From Phoronis australis (lineage: Eukaryota; Animalia; Phoronida), in the NCBI GenBank assembly GCA_002633005.1, contig NMRA01000282.1, positions 395,748-459,747 of the forward strand: 64,000 bases of DNA. The letters are read 5' to 3'. The translations under genes and the position numbers were made by a program. Positions 1 to 12,489 of this stretch are shown in pieces. Under the pieces are notes generated by a model. That model worked only from the letters and a program-made list of their open reading frames with translations. It was not told where the DNA came from and did not search any database. Within the stretch, counting starts at the first letter, position 1; each line of letters starts with the position of its first letter.

Positions 1-364
1 GCTCTAAAAGATGCAGTCGAGGACTTGACTGTCAAAAGTAAGAAATGTTGTAACGATACCAAATCTGCGTGTGCGAAGGTACTAAACGTTGATACGTGTC
101 CAAAAGACTTCATATTTCGCGGCAAATCCTGTTACAAGATCATCAATAAGACAATGGACTGGTGGACAGCCATGAAAAAATGCAATGAACTGGGAGGACA
201 TCTGGTGGACATTGAATCGGCTGAGGAAAATGCGTTTGTACTGTCCCTGATGAGGATGGGAGCAGTAAGAACTGCGTGGACAGGGGCCAACGACCTTGGT
301 GTTGAAGGTCAATTCAAATGGGAGTCTACAGGTGACTCTGTAAGCTACACACAATGGATGAAAA
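1..364 (+). CDS. C-type lectin domain protein, penultimate coding exon (5' end lies outside the window)
   Basis: Frame is open from base 1: ALKDAVEDLTVKSKKCC...CPKDFIFRGKSCYK...WWTAMKKCNELGGHLVDIESAEENAFV...AWTGANDLGVEGQFKWESTGDSVSYTQWMK, the classic CTLD N-terminal half. Phase-1 donor A|GTAAGT at 364/365. Confidence 0.92.
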
Positions 365-2213
365 GTAAGTTCAGGAGACAATATAATCATCAGGTATACA
401 TTTAATTATTGGTACATTTTCTTGAAGCGAAAATGTTCAAAGGGGACTCTCTCATAGCAGGGGTTGGCAAATTGGGTAGACATTTTTGTCTTAAGGTATT
501 CTCGGGTGGATGCTTATTGCTATAATTTGTAATATCAGTGCAATTACCTTGGGTGGTGGGTGGGTATTTTGACTTCAGCATCATAGAAATAGTCTTGGGT
601 ACTTATCATTTCTTGATATTGTTTTGTGCACCTATTTTGAAGTGCCTATTCATTTTGGGCTAGGCTATTCATAATCCATAGAGACAATTATCTTCTCAGC
701 CAGGACCATTCAATTGGCGCAGTTGCATGACTAACAGGACTCACAAAGAACAGCTTTCACTGACCTTGCATGGCAATTTCAAAAGGCCTATTGTATGTTA
801 GCAGAACAATACCCATGATATACAACAGTCTGAAAAATTCTGAGCCCCTATGCCACTAGGTCCTCCCTCCTACCCTAAAATATTGTCTTGATTTTGAATC
901 TGGGGCAACACACACCTACCTATTACGTGGAAGAGAAACCTTACGCATTCAGCACCACCTATTATTCATAGACATGGACATTTTGAACAGTCGGTGAGTA
1001 ATTTTGCAGCATTTGTTTGAGGCTACAACGGACTTTAAAAAAAGTAATGACCCCAACTTTGCTACAGGTTATTGAAGGTTATATAAGACCCAAGAAAAAT
1101 TTCCATATAGATGATCCAATACATATGAAACATGCATTGTTCTTCAAAATGCCATTAGGAATCGGTTATAAAATGTTCTACTTTTGTACAAGGGGCTACC
1201 AAGAAATAGGACTTTCCTGATTTTCAAGAAAAAAGTGAAAAGTGCCATGAAATGAAAATGAAATGATAATTTTGAAAACTGTAACAGCATTTTTGAGATT
1301 TCATATTAAACATGTACAATAAACAAAATTTGGCTATGGTATTGATAACATTATTTTGATATTGATGTGCCTTCCCTTTTTGCTGAATTTACTAAAAAGA
1401 CATGGTCATATGACCTAAGTACTGAGAGATTTACCATTGGTAAAAGACATAAACTACATTCTGTAAGCTTTCTACGTTCAGGAAATACATACTTTATCGA
1501 GTTTAAATCTATAGTTTTATCAATATTTGGCTTAACACACAGACTTGCAAGATCTCACAGACCCTTAATGAGAAGAACGTCATACATCATTCATCAAAAC
1601 AAATCCTCAATGTGGTATTAGTGTTTTTAGTCTGATTTTCAATTTTGTCCCAATCTCAACTCAGTGCAGTAGTCTGTCAGAGCACGTATGCCAGCTTTAC
1701 AAAACTCAAGTTGTCAACGGTTACGAAGCAAATTTTTGACAGTGTTTTCTATTTCATTGTTGATATAATAATGTCCCCCCAAGGCCTTATATATATTTTC
1801 CATCCAAATGATGATCTAAATGCAGTCTTCAAAAATGTTTATGATTTTTCCTCGAAGTTTGCCTCTGTCACTTCCTCCCATTATGGTGAAAACCCAGACG
1901 GAAATCACACAAAAACTGAGACGACACTAAATCATTTCCACCACTGGCGAGTGTTTAGAATTAATTTCGTGACCATCACAAAAATCGAGTCTTGAAATAC
2001 GGCAAGTTAAACAATAACTTCACTCTTATTCTTATTTCTATCATAGTTTGAATTTGGCGGCCATTTTTGACTCACAGATGTAGAGCACAAGTGTCGTCAT
2101 TTTCTGGTCAATTTATCACTTCTATGTGGCAGGTCGTTCAAATGACTTGTACAAGAAGCCAACATTGCAAAATATCTGCATATGAGAATCATGTTTTTGT
2201 CTCCTCATTTCAG

Positions 2214-2332
2214 ATGAACCATACAATTGGCAGAACAAAGAGCATTGTGTTGCAATCGATGCCAAGGGTTGGAACGATGCCATTTGTACAACCCGTTACC
2301 AACCTATCTGCGAGAAAAACGCAAGGATGTAA
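2214..2332 (+). CDS. C-type lectin domain protein, last coding exon
   Basis: Acceptor tttttgtctcctcatttcag ends at 2213. Splicing to 364 gives (N)EPYNWQNKEHCVAIDAKGWNDAICTTRYQPICEKNARM-stop, with the EPx, E-x-C, WND and C...ICE CTLD motifs in frame. Confidence 0.92.
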
Positions 2333-3618
2333 TTAACACCGGTCAAGAGAACCTTGCACTGGAATCTTGAAATTAAAACTTTATATAAAACTAAGTAGTT
2401 ATAAAGTAATTTCCACAACAGTATTCTTGTAACAGAAATGTATCTTGAGAGTGACATAAATTTCAGCAAGTCGTCAACTATAAAGATTGCAGAATGCTTT
2501 ACAATGTCACCACAATCATGCAAGAATGCAATTAGAAAGCACGTAATGAATTATGAAACTTTGTTATAGCATTCAAAACACATATTGATGAAAAGTCATT
2601 TCAGACAAATAGACACAAGAACTTAATCAACTTAAGCACAGGTTCATTACTGAAAGCAATAGGACGGTCCCGGATTACACAACGACTCCAACGGCAAAAA
2701 GTTGGGATACATTTGAGAAGCATCCATGGATGCGATATTTTCCAGCATCATTCCTAGTGTCAGCTTGACATTTCTAAAATGCATGCATATTTGATACGAA
2801 GTTCGTCCATTTCCGTGTGATGTTATCGTGTACATTACTACGTGTAGTACCATATATAGCTTTTGCAATGCTTTAGGTGGGATTTCCTTATTTTCAAAAA
2901 AAATTGAAATACTTGCTAGGTCACCCATCAAATTTTGAGGCTATGTGGGTTGGCAATCATTTCCATCGAATTCCCCGTTCAATGTATTTTTTATTACTTT
3001 TTAAATCGATGAGTTTCCACACTTCAAACTAAAAGTCCGACCTCAAGGCCACGTGCTCCGCATTGGCTAATTTCTCAGTAAAGCTAGAACTAAAATTGCA
3101 AATTGTCTCAAGATTAGGTTTGCGTCAACTCCACCCTTTAGGAACTCAATCCATCTCGACTCAGTAAAGAAAGGCTTTGTAAGCTTTCAAATGTGGTCAG
3201 ACAAAATCTGTATTTTTTTAACAGATAACCCAGTTTAGTATTAACAATTCCCCAAAACATGACACCTTGCCTGTTCTTGAGGCAGCTTGAACAAGATCAG
3301 AATTTGATGCCTTTGTGTAATATAACTTCACGCCCTGCATGTCTATCAACCAATGATGACAGTCTGGCATCTCTATTTACAATTAACAGAGATTACATTG
3401 CTTAAGTTCCATAGCGCGTGCATTTCTCTAACTCTTAGCAACTAACCAAGGCGAAACTTCACTCTGAGTTTAAATGCAATGAAAGGAGGATGCGTGAAAA
3501 TGTTCAATCATTCTGGCATTCAAGGTAAGATTGATATGATTGATTAAAAAGTGTGTTGCCGGGAAACCAGTTTTCTCTAAAAATTAAAGAAGTGGTAAGA
3601 TCATTTGAAATGTATAAA

Positions 3619-4718
3619 AACAAGAGCAACGCGGAGCGTTGAAATGCGCCCTTGAATGCATCGCAAATGGTGAGCTTTTAGGGTTATTTATTTGCATCAT
3701 AATAATGGCCACTAGATGGTGCAAAAATATACAATCCATCCAAAATCGCGAACGTGCCATATTTCATAAAAAACCTGTCAAGGAACCCCAGAGAACCAAA
3801 GGAAAACACAACAAAATGAAATTGCCACTTGTGGGCACAGCGTCCGTTCCATTCGCCTGAAAGTCATGGTCTGTTATCTTCATATAAATTTGCTTACTAA
3901 ACTTAATAAAGATCCTGTAGTGGGTTTAGGAGATACAGCTATGGGCGCAAAACTACCACAAGGAGACGCCACAGTAGTTAGTCGCCATCATCAAATGTCC
4001 TCTTCACACTGAAAACATATACGCCAATTTTCAAAACCATCCCTAGAATGATTTGGTTGCTCGAGGGGTGGACGACAAAAACAAGATCTGAAAACAGCAA
4101 AAATGACCACCAGGTGATGCAAAATACCTCGATTCCTTCCAAAAACAGGATGATAGCGTCATCTCACCAATAGATGCCTATATTCAAAATTTTATGAAAA
4201 TCTGTTCAGGACCTTTGAAGATACAGATTGCCAAACGTAAAAACTAAACTTGCCACTAGGTGGCACACCAGTACTCAGATCTGTCTGAAAGTCGTCGTCC
4301 TTTGTTGTTAACATCATATAAATACACTTACTAAATTTAGTAAAGATCCTGCGAATAGTTTAGGAGATAAAGCTATAGGCGCAAAAAAAAAAACTACCAC
4401 TAGGAGGCGCCACGAGGAGGCGCCACAGTAGTCGAAGTCGTCGGAAAATCATTGTCAGCCGTCCACTTCAAAGTAAAAACATACATGACAATTTTCACAA
4501 TTATCCTGTGAGCTATTTGGTTGATAGAGGGGCAGACTTGAAAACAGTAAAAATGGCCACTATGTGGCGCAAACTACGTCGAATCCATCCGAAAACAGGA
4601 GGATAGCGTCATCTCACTAATAGGTGGCTATATATCAAATTTTATGAAAATCCATTCAGGACTTTTGTAGATACAGAGGTAAACGTAAAAAACTAAAATT
4701 GCCACTGGGCGCATAAAA
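3619..4718. mobile_element. Helentron-associated non-autonomous element (HINE/DINE-1-like) with two internal ~430-450 bp tandem units
   Basis: Starts aacaagag, then a hairpin caacgc-gga-gcgttg and a subterminal ATGCGCCC. Ends GGGCGCAT-aaaa at 4707-4718. Internal diverged units begin 'ttgccact' at ~3822, ~4250 and (partial) ~4699. Confidence 0.7.
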
Positions 4719-5977
4719 ATTAAATTTACTGACTAATCATTTGAATTCGTTGTGCAATGAAGTTCGTGATGAATAGTCACAGTGGAGGAGAGAAATTTTA
4801 ATCTTCACTGCATATGCCTGTATGGTTTTAAGCTATCGAAAAACAGTTGTTCTTTTAAAGTCTGTTAGAAAAGAGGAAGGTCCCTTTTGGAGCCAAAAAC
4901 TTTTCTAAAGCTCTATTTTATGCATATAACAGCATACAGAAAATGACGAATACTGACTATTGTATCAAATGAGCGGGCTAAAATGAGTCCAGTTTAACAA
5001 CACCTTTTCCTACTTCCAGAACAAATAAGATTTCAATCTGGTACCGTTCTACTGTGCCAAGTTAGGAGACACCAATCAAACTTGGTGGCTACACCAGAGA
5101 TCTACTTTGGAAATGGATGAAGCATTCAGCATGAAACTTGTAGATTTTAATAATATTATGTTCAAGAAGTTCCTTATTCAATCAAAATGGAAAAGTTCAT
5201 CATCACGGTTTTCATGCAAGTTTCATAATTTTGGGCGGACACCTGGGCACAAGATCATCAAGGCTCGATTTGCCAATCACAATGCGTGAAATGCCACTGA
5301 CAGTAATATGATATCCGCTGTGGTCAAACTCACCCCAGAGGAGTTCATGGAGTTTATAGTAGTCTCAGAGATATACATGTATATCATTATATACATGTGA
5401 CACCAACACAAAATGGCTCCAACAGCATCAATAAGCCTTCATCAGCAAAATCGTTGATCTCCTTGTAAAATCCCACCCATCTTTTTTGGACTCATCTCAC
5501 AAAAAAGTCTAGCTACTAGGGTATAATCCAACATCAGTTTTTGTCACGTGAAAACCATCTGCTCAGATATAAGCCCACCCCATCTAACCTCTCAGTTTGA
5601 GCAAACTGATCTCTTCTCTTGCTTGCATCCTGTTGCTAGTGAAAAGCTGGCTAGAAAAATAGATCCTGATGGCACGTGTTCTTTACAAGTACGTCGCGCG
5701 TTTCCATGTGCAAACATGGTCTTGTGCATGAACACGCAATACCATGCTTATACATGAATGCTCAAAAGACGCTTGCTCAGGTTTAAGCCAGCCCCGTTTT
5801 TGGAGCTCCTCAGTTCCAAGCCCGTGGCCTTACACCAGAGCAGATGTGGTAATGTTCAACACAAATCTCGAGTAAAGTTTCGTGGTCTCAACAGCTGATA
5901 TATGTCACTTTACGCTGTGCGAGATGGAGAGTGTTGAAGGCATTAACGAAATCAAAAAAGCCGCAAAAGATACAAAC

Positions 5978-6123
5978 CTGACCAGACTCTACAAAGTGAG
6001 TTGCCACACCAGCAGCGTGCACATCCCGACCCCTCAAACGGAACCCGGTTAAGGCCAAGTAGATACCAAGTTTACCTCGTAACCGGGGTAGAAAATAGCC
6101 TCCTCCCACATCAGGAAACAACC
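5978..6123 (-). CDS. HIBCH: 3-hydroxyisobutyryl-CoA hydrolase, mitochondrial; internal exon
   Basis: (G)[48 protein letters not shown], a strongly conserved HIBCH segment. Acceptor ctgcag and donor CAG|gtttgt on the minus strand. Confidence 0.95.
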
Positions 6124-7025
6124 CTGCAGGAGGTCAATATTGCTTAGCTACAAATATTGTGCACGAAACTAATAGATAATTATCTAAATTGACAAGTCAA
6201 TCAAATTGAAACCAAATCACCAATTTCACTCGGTACTAGTTGGTCAGCTAAAGTCTCCTTAGCCAATTTGGAAAATCGAGACTTGCCAAGCAACGATTTC
6301 ACCAGAAACCAACAGGGTTACGTGAAGTGTGAAATTTCTCTTTAGTGAACTGCTGCATTGCATTACTTTGGAGAATCAACAAATATCCTCATGGGAGTTT
6401 GAGCGAGGGTGTATTAAAGTTCTATGCAGACAGCAATTTTGTGTATTCAATCAATATCACAATCTTTACAATCGGAAAGTTTGTTGAGAGATCTGTGGCC
6501 AAATTGGGAAATTGTAAATAAGATAATTCCAGGTGAAAACAAACAAGACCAGTACTCATTATCAGCATTCTGAACATTCTGTTCAGGAGCAAAACACTCT
6601 TCTACAAAAAAACAATGCCCTCTTCAATCTGGGACGCTAAATCATAACAAAACTTTGAAATTATATATTGGGACCAGTAATTTTCATCGAAAAAATAGTA
6701 TTTTCCTCTTAAAACATTTGTATAGTTTTATCAAGCATTTTCAGATTTAAATGCAGACACTATCCTATGTGACTATTATATTTTCAGTGTCTAAAACTAA
6801 TAAAAATGTTCAAAAAAATCAACAAACAGTTATCGACACAAGGCTTCTAATCAATCAATTCAAAAAATTTTCATTTTTGTCCTTTAATGAATTAAACAAG
6901 CAATTATGATTGACAACTATCAAAATTTCATATCTCTTTATGAGTGAGAATACAAAGTTATTTGATCTTTTCAAGGGCAGCCGATACTTTGCTATCCTTT
7001 CCAAATGCTAACAATGAATACACAC

Positions 7026-7104
7026 CGATTGCAGTTTCTGGCATTGCAAACAACGTTCGTTCCGTAGCCACACGGAACATCCCATGAACAGACAAGCCTA
7101 CACC
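7026..7104 (-). CDS. HIBCH: HIBCH internal exon (79 nt)
   Basis: [26 protein letters not shown](G), containing the crotonase-family MPE motif. tttcag acceptor, G|gtgtgt donor, phase-compatible with both neighbours. Confidence 0.95.
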
Positions 7105-7273
7105 CTGAAAGTAAAAGAGAACACAAAAGTCACGCAAGCATAACCAGTAGTATCGTGATTGGTAGACAGCCTTCTACATTGCTCTACAGGGATTTAGCCA
7201 GCTAGGTGGCTGCCTATGACTGAACGTCAAAACACAGTTAGTGAACGATGTGGATAAAAGTTTGGAAATTTAA

Positions 7274-8667
7274 GGTTATCTCCAAACTTATTTAGTGGCC
7301 CTCATTCTAACTCGAATATCTAAAAAACTAAGCTTTGTCAACTAGTAAAAGTATGTATTTTCTGAAAGAACAAAGACCAGGGAATATAAATATACCTTTT
7401 GTATTCATGTGCCATTATTATTTTAAGTAAAAACCATTTTTAAGTCAAAATTTCATTTTTAAGAAAGGTACATTCATAGCAAAATAAGCCCTCGGTCGAT
7501 TTTAAATGAATACTTCACCAGTTACCTCAAAAACGCTGTTAGGAATTTTCGATTAGTGTGTTCATTTGGTTTCTATGACAAATCGACTTGCAAAACGTCA
7601 GGTATATATATCGTTTATATTCGTTTTTGTCACATTACGCAAAAACTAGGCCTTTATATCAAAAATCCTCACAGCGTTTGAGATTGACGACTAAATATTA
7701 AGTTTGGAAAGCTTCATCGAAATCCATCTAGCCGTTTTCGAGACCTAGTGTTCCTAAGATCAAACAAAGTCGATTTGCCAAAGCCGAGAAAAAGCTGATT
7801 AAACTGGTACAAGTGAAAATCTCAAAAGACTTCGGTTAATTATTCACTGAAAACTTGTTTTCGGTACACATAACCTATACAGTCCTTAACTAAGTTAACT
7901 ATTTCAATGTTCACTCACAATGTCAACTGACTTTGCAGTGCGTAACTAACTTAATTATCATTAAAACCTCAAATAGACGTATTGTTCCCATCCAACTTTT
8001 GCTGTTGTTTGCGCCCTGCTTTCTCAATAGGTCACAGTTTATAGCGTGTACACGTCACGTGCTGGGAGACTGATATGAAACCAAGTAAGAAATTCATTAC
8101 AAAAATCAAATCGGTGGTTAAAGTATGTCGTTAGCATGAGATCGAAACATCGAAATGTCAACTTATTAATTGAATTAAGGAATTAGGGTGAGGATTTATC
8201 TCTTTTCACAACTTTCTGTGTCCATGACCACAAAGGCCTGAGGCGACTCGTAGCATTCGTTTTCAACGCCAACGGTCGTATGCATGTAGACGCACAACTC
8301 CCGTAGGATCAAAACTATGCTTTGTCTTTGTGTTCCACGGTACCATTCTACCATGAGTACACCTCGTTTACTCAATGTTGTGGCGATTTTGTGAATGAAA
8401 GGACTTAGGGTATAGGAAGCTGTTCTGCACCTGGCAGGAGGTTCAGTTAAATTGAAAGCCCTTTAACCTTTGACCTTGGATAAGTATTAAACAAATATCC
8501 ACGCGGTTGTGCGGTTCCAAGGTGGTTCTGCTAAATCTTTTTTTTCTCGCTACATGGTGTATATTTTGTATTTGAAGTTCCCCGAGAATGAAGATAAGGG
8601 ATTTTGCTAGACACAAGTGAAATATTGTAAAAATGGTCAATTTTTATGGATAATGTTGGAGACTACC
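7274..8667. mobile_element. Non-autonomous DNA transposon with TTAA target site and GG...CC termini (Kolobok-type), in a HIBCH intron
   Basis: ttaa|GGTTATCTCCAAACTTAT ... ATAATGTTGGAGACTACC|ttaa imperfect TIRs. A diverged inverted copy of the same ~1.3-1.4 kb sequence lies at 22079-23343. Confidence 0.75.
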
Positions 8668-8864
8668 TTAAGTAAAGGAACACATCATCAAAGTCCTGCA
8701 AGGTGTTTACGAGGTACAGCAGCGGACATTAGACACCCAGACAGAGATGGCGGCAATATGCATATGGGAGCATAAAAAGGACAATTTTGGTAATTATTTT
8801 TGTTGAAAAATTGGCTAGATTTTACCGTACTTCCGGAGTGCCAACAACCTAATTGGCTACTTAC

Positions 8865-8998
8865 CCCTCCCATGGTTATGCCATCAATAACGGCAATGTG
8901 AGGTTTATCCAGAGTTCCGATGGCATTGTTGAGAATGTACTCCTCTTTAAAGAACAGCTCAGCAACAGGGTCACCTACTTTACCACCTTCTGTCACAG
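8865..8998 (-). CDS. HIBCH: HIBCH internal exon (134 nt)
   Basis: (A)VTEGGKVGDPVAELFFKEEYILNNAIGTLDKPHIAVIDGITMGG. ttttag acceptor, GGG|gtaagt donor. Confidence 0.95.
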
Positions 8999-9335
8999 CT
9001 AAAACACACAAAATTGTTCTCAACAAATAAGTTTGGTGAAATAGTACAAGTCACAGATGAACCTATGCATTGAACTTAATGAAGTCATTTGGTTTAATAA
9101 CCACATGGGGTTAACTACCCACCTCAAATTTTTTGAAAATTTCAGCTCAAAATACTCAACTTCTGTTACGATGGGCTTATCACTGATTTGAAAGATCTAC
9201 AATTCTTAAGAACAGCCTGGGTGTTAACATGGAGCAATACAGGAATATTGACAGGACTGAACAGCATGGAGTCATCAAAGTCCTACCCTGCTACATCATT
9301 TGCATTTAATCACCTGATAATGCATGATAATGATA

Positions 9336-9627
9336 CTTTGCCTCTGATATCACTATCAGCACAGAAAGCATTGACAGAAGTATTTGCATTCAGCAATATC
9401 AACTCCTTTAAGAACTCAGGATACTGATAATTTACCTCTGATATCACCAACGGCACAGAAAGCCTTGACAGAAGTATTTGCATTTAGCAATATCAGCTCC
9501 TTTATGAACTTGTGATACTGATCAGTAATTTACCTCTGATACCATCAACGGCAAAGAAGGCCTTTTAACAGTTACTTACATTTACCAACATTAGTTTCTT
9601 TATGAACTCATGATATTGATTACTTAC
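9336..9627 (-). repeat. Three degenerate ~95-bp tandem units, each containing a copy of the upstream HIBCH exon end plus donor
   Basis: 'ctctgat' exon-end copies at 9342, 9436 and 9534 versus the true exon end at 9628 (spacings 94, 98, 94). The intervening intron-derived sequence is also similar between units. Confidence 0.85.
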
Positions 9628-9712
9628 CTCTGATATCACCCCCAGCACAGAATGCCTTCTCCCCAGCACCCTTCATTAGCACCAAACATATTTGAGGATC
9701 TTGTTGCCATTT
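9628..9712 (-). CDS. HIBCH: HIBCH internal exon (85 nt)
   Basis: [28 protein letters not shown], containing the crotonase AFCAGGD motif. tttcag acceptor, G|gtaagt donor. Confidence 0.95.
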
Positions 9713-11691
9713 CTGAAACGATATCGACAACGCCATCAATCAATCATGTTGAAAAAGCAGAAACTAAGAAACAGAAATTTATTTCGGGCACAAGTACGAT
9801 GAATGGGTCACATGTTACGCAATAAAATGGCCTAGTCACACCAAGGCAATTCTTTCGGTATGATGTCAAAAATGGTAGAAAACGTAGAAAACAACTAATC
9901 ATAATGACTGCCATCTCATTAAGAACATTGTGGATAGTGTCGCATTGCAGGTAATGTTTTGGGCGATTGGTGAAATTGCCCGTTTTCATACGTCTCAAGT
10001 CCGCGTCATCGAGATTTTAAGACAGGCTCACACGTTCAGATAATAAAGTTACGTGAGATAGAACCTCACTACTGCAACCCCCTATCACAAGTTTAAAAAA
10101 CAGACTGTTGTAAGGAGTGTGAATCTCTTGCCTTAAGTATTTTGATGAAAACACCAGACGTGTGAATGGCAGAACGAGCAAAATATAAACTTGAATGCTG
10201 CTGTCACTTAATGCCATTCCAACGATGTCACAGAGGGACACATTGAGTCCTTCCATGCCAGACTAATCAGACACAACTTTCCAATATGGATTCGGAGGAG
10301 TGTTAGTACCTGGTAATGCAGACATTTATTACCTACAGTACGTGTCGCAAATGTTCCGACAAAATGATGCAGTCATGACAGCTGAGCGGAGGCTGGACCC
10401 ATTGTCACGACAGCCATCCCTCACGACCAAAGATGAAGAAGATTTAACGGGAATGTTAGAAAGGTTGCTAAGCTACTCTATATTTAGAAGTTTGCCACTA
10501 GCCATTAGCTGACGGTCATTTTTGCTGTAAAAATATTACAGAACTGTATACAGGAGGCAATGGTATTTAGTGCAATAACTTTTTGTTTTGCACTGTAGCT
10601 ACTAAGAGCCTGTGTTCGTAGATAAGTCATCATTATTTTAAATAATTCAATATGACACAGAATGATGCACAATGTTGAACTATATTAACGAGCGAACATA
10701 AACTAATAACGTGTATTTTTTCTGATAGACTATGAAGGGGTTGGATCAACACAATTTCTGTAGGTAGTCTAGTTAACGAGTCAATATACCACATGACCCA
10801 CAACAAATTGCAACAAAAGGTTTTACAGTGGTTTTATGTCCTACTGGGTACACTCATTAACAGGAAAAAAGTCTAGTAAAATCTGACCACAGGAAATGAT
10901 GCAAAAATGGGTCACGGTGTTTTGAAATCACTAAAAACATACATAACTTCATACATGACTGAGAGCACACAGAAATGCCTTCAACTGAAGCGAAGCAGTT
11001 CTAATGGATGGATTTCTTGAATGAATTTTCAATTAGGAGCATTACAAGTAACTCCTATTTAGTGAGGACCGCTGTACTAAACCCGGATGAATACATTTCT
11101 CTGAACACATCCAAACTCAGTCACTGTCAACAAATAAAAAACCCATCGCATCCTTTCACCCAATTTTTATCGCATCAGTTTCTGTCCTTGACATTTCAAT
11201 TTATTTCAGCCAGTATTTTATTGGCATGAAGACATCGCTAATGTGGTAATTGCTCCATCCACTTCCACAATATCAAGGGTGGGTACCGACACTGGTTTTC
11301 CCCCGTTGATTTAGAGAAATATTACCCGACTACAAGGTACAACAGAACGGTACAGTGTTGCAATGATTATCAAAACGAAGGAGCACATGGAAGCATACCA
11401 TCAACTGTCGGTAGATTTTATGGAACCAAAACAAGGGCATGCAGGCATACCTTCAACTGTTGGTTAATTCTCTTGAATAGGCAGATGTCATCAATCAACA
11501 TTTGCTGAAATCCCCATTATTTGCAAACTGATAATCATCCTTTGAAGAAATGGCCATTTTAGCATTTATTTTTGTGCAAAATATGAGGAAAATTACGATA
11601 GACTTCTCCAAAACCATATAAATTAATGTACACAAAAATAGTCCTTCAACTGAGGATAGATTCATCAAAATGTCCATACGAGCAAAATTAC

Positions 11692-11841
11692 CTTCAACTG
11701 TGGGTAGATTTTTCTGATCATAGACAGATTGAGCGCATTGAGGGCCTTTTGTCGGTTGAGTGTGATAACACCTGCTGAGCCAACTTGTTCCAAGATCACC
11801 TCATCTTCCACTGAAGTGGACAGTGGGGCTGATGACATCCG
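11692..11841 (-). CDS. HIBCH: HIBCH internal exon (150 nt)
   Basis: [50 protein letters not shown]. ttccag acceptor, AAG|gtaatt donor. Confidence 0.95.
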
Positions 11842-12452
11842 CTGGAATCAGCAATAAAAACATTAAGTACCATATATCTGCATATCTAGGCTCATGCATC
11901 CATATCTGAACTAATGTGTTATTTCAGTGAAATTTTTTTCGAGTGTTTTGTGTATTAAGGCGCGCACACCTAAAGCTCAGTAAATAGGTGCATACAGCTA
12001 GATGCAATTGCATGTAAGGCGATATTTTCTCAAATGAGACAATATTATTTAGTCTCAAAGTGTGCAGAACGGTTCCGCACTTTTTTAATATCCACTTAGA
12101 GCCATAAAAAATGGTATGTAACAAATCTATACCTTACCCTAAACATGTTTACAATGTTACATTTTTATTTCCTCAATTAGCATTTTCTTAATTAGAAGTT
12201 CAATTTTTGCCTTGCGGAATATTCCGCAAGTGTGCGGAATATTCCGCATATTTTGCGGAATATTACGCCTATTACAAGCATGGTTTGCAGAGTGTAGACA
12301 TGATAAAAACAACATTTGCAAAAAGGTAACCAACCATTCAAAAATAGAAAAAAACAATTTTGGCAATTATTTTAGAGCAAAGTAAGTGGAGAATTACTGT
12401 AGACGTAACGTGTGAGTTGGAACGTTGATCATTAAGACCAGGAAGTGCTTAC

Positions 12453-12489
12453 CAAGTGATTCAATATAACTTTGGACCTTCTCAATGAC
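12453..12489 (-). CDS. HIBCH: HIBCH small exon (37 nt), part of the mitochondrial transit peptide
   Basis: xSLRRSKVILNHL joins in frame to RMSS and resembles the vertebrate ...TILHHL|RMS junction as I recall it. tttcag acceptor, TTG|gtaagc donor. Confidence 0.8.

Noticed and set aside
5329-5400. Possible next HIBCH exon (minus-strand donor gtgagt at ~5333)
   Set aside because: No acceptor, and the translation does not resemble the expected HIBCH segment.
12208-12270. Palindromic tgcggaatattccgca x3 as an operator-like site
   Set aside because: More simply a short tandem or MITE remnant in an intron, with no evidence of regulatory function.
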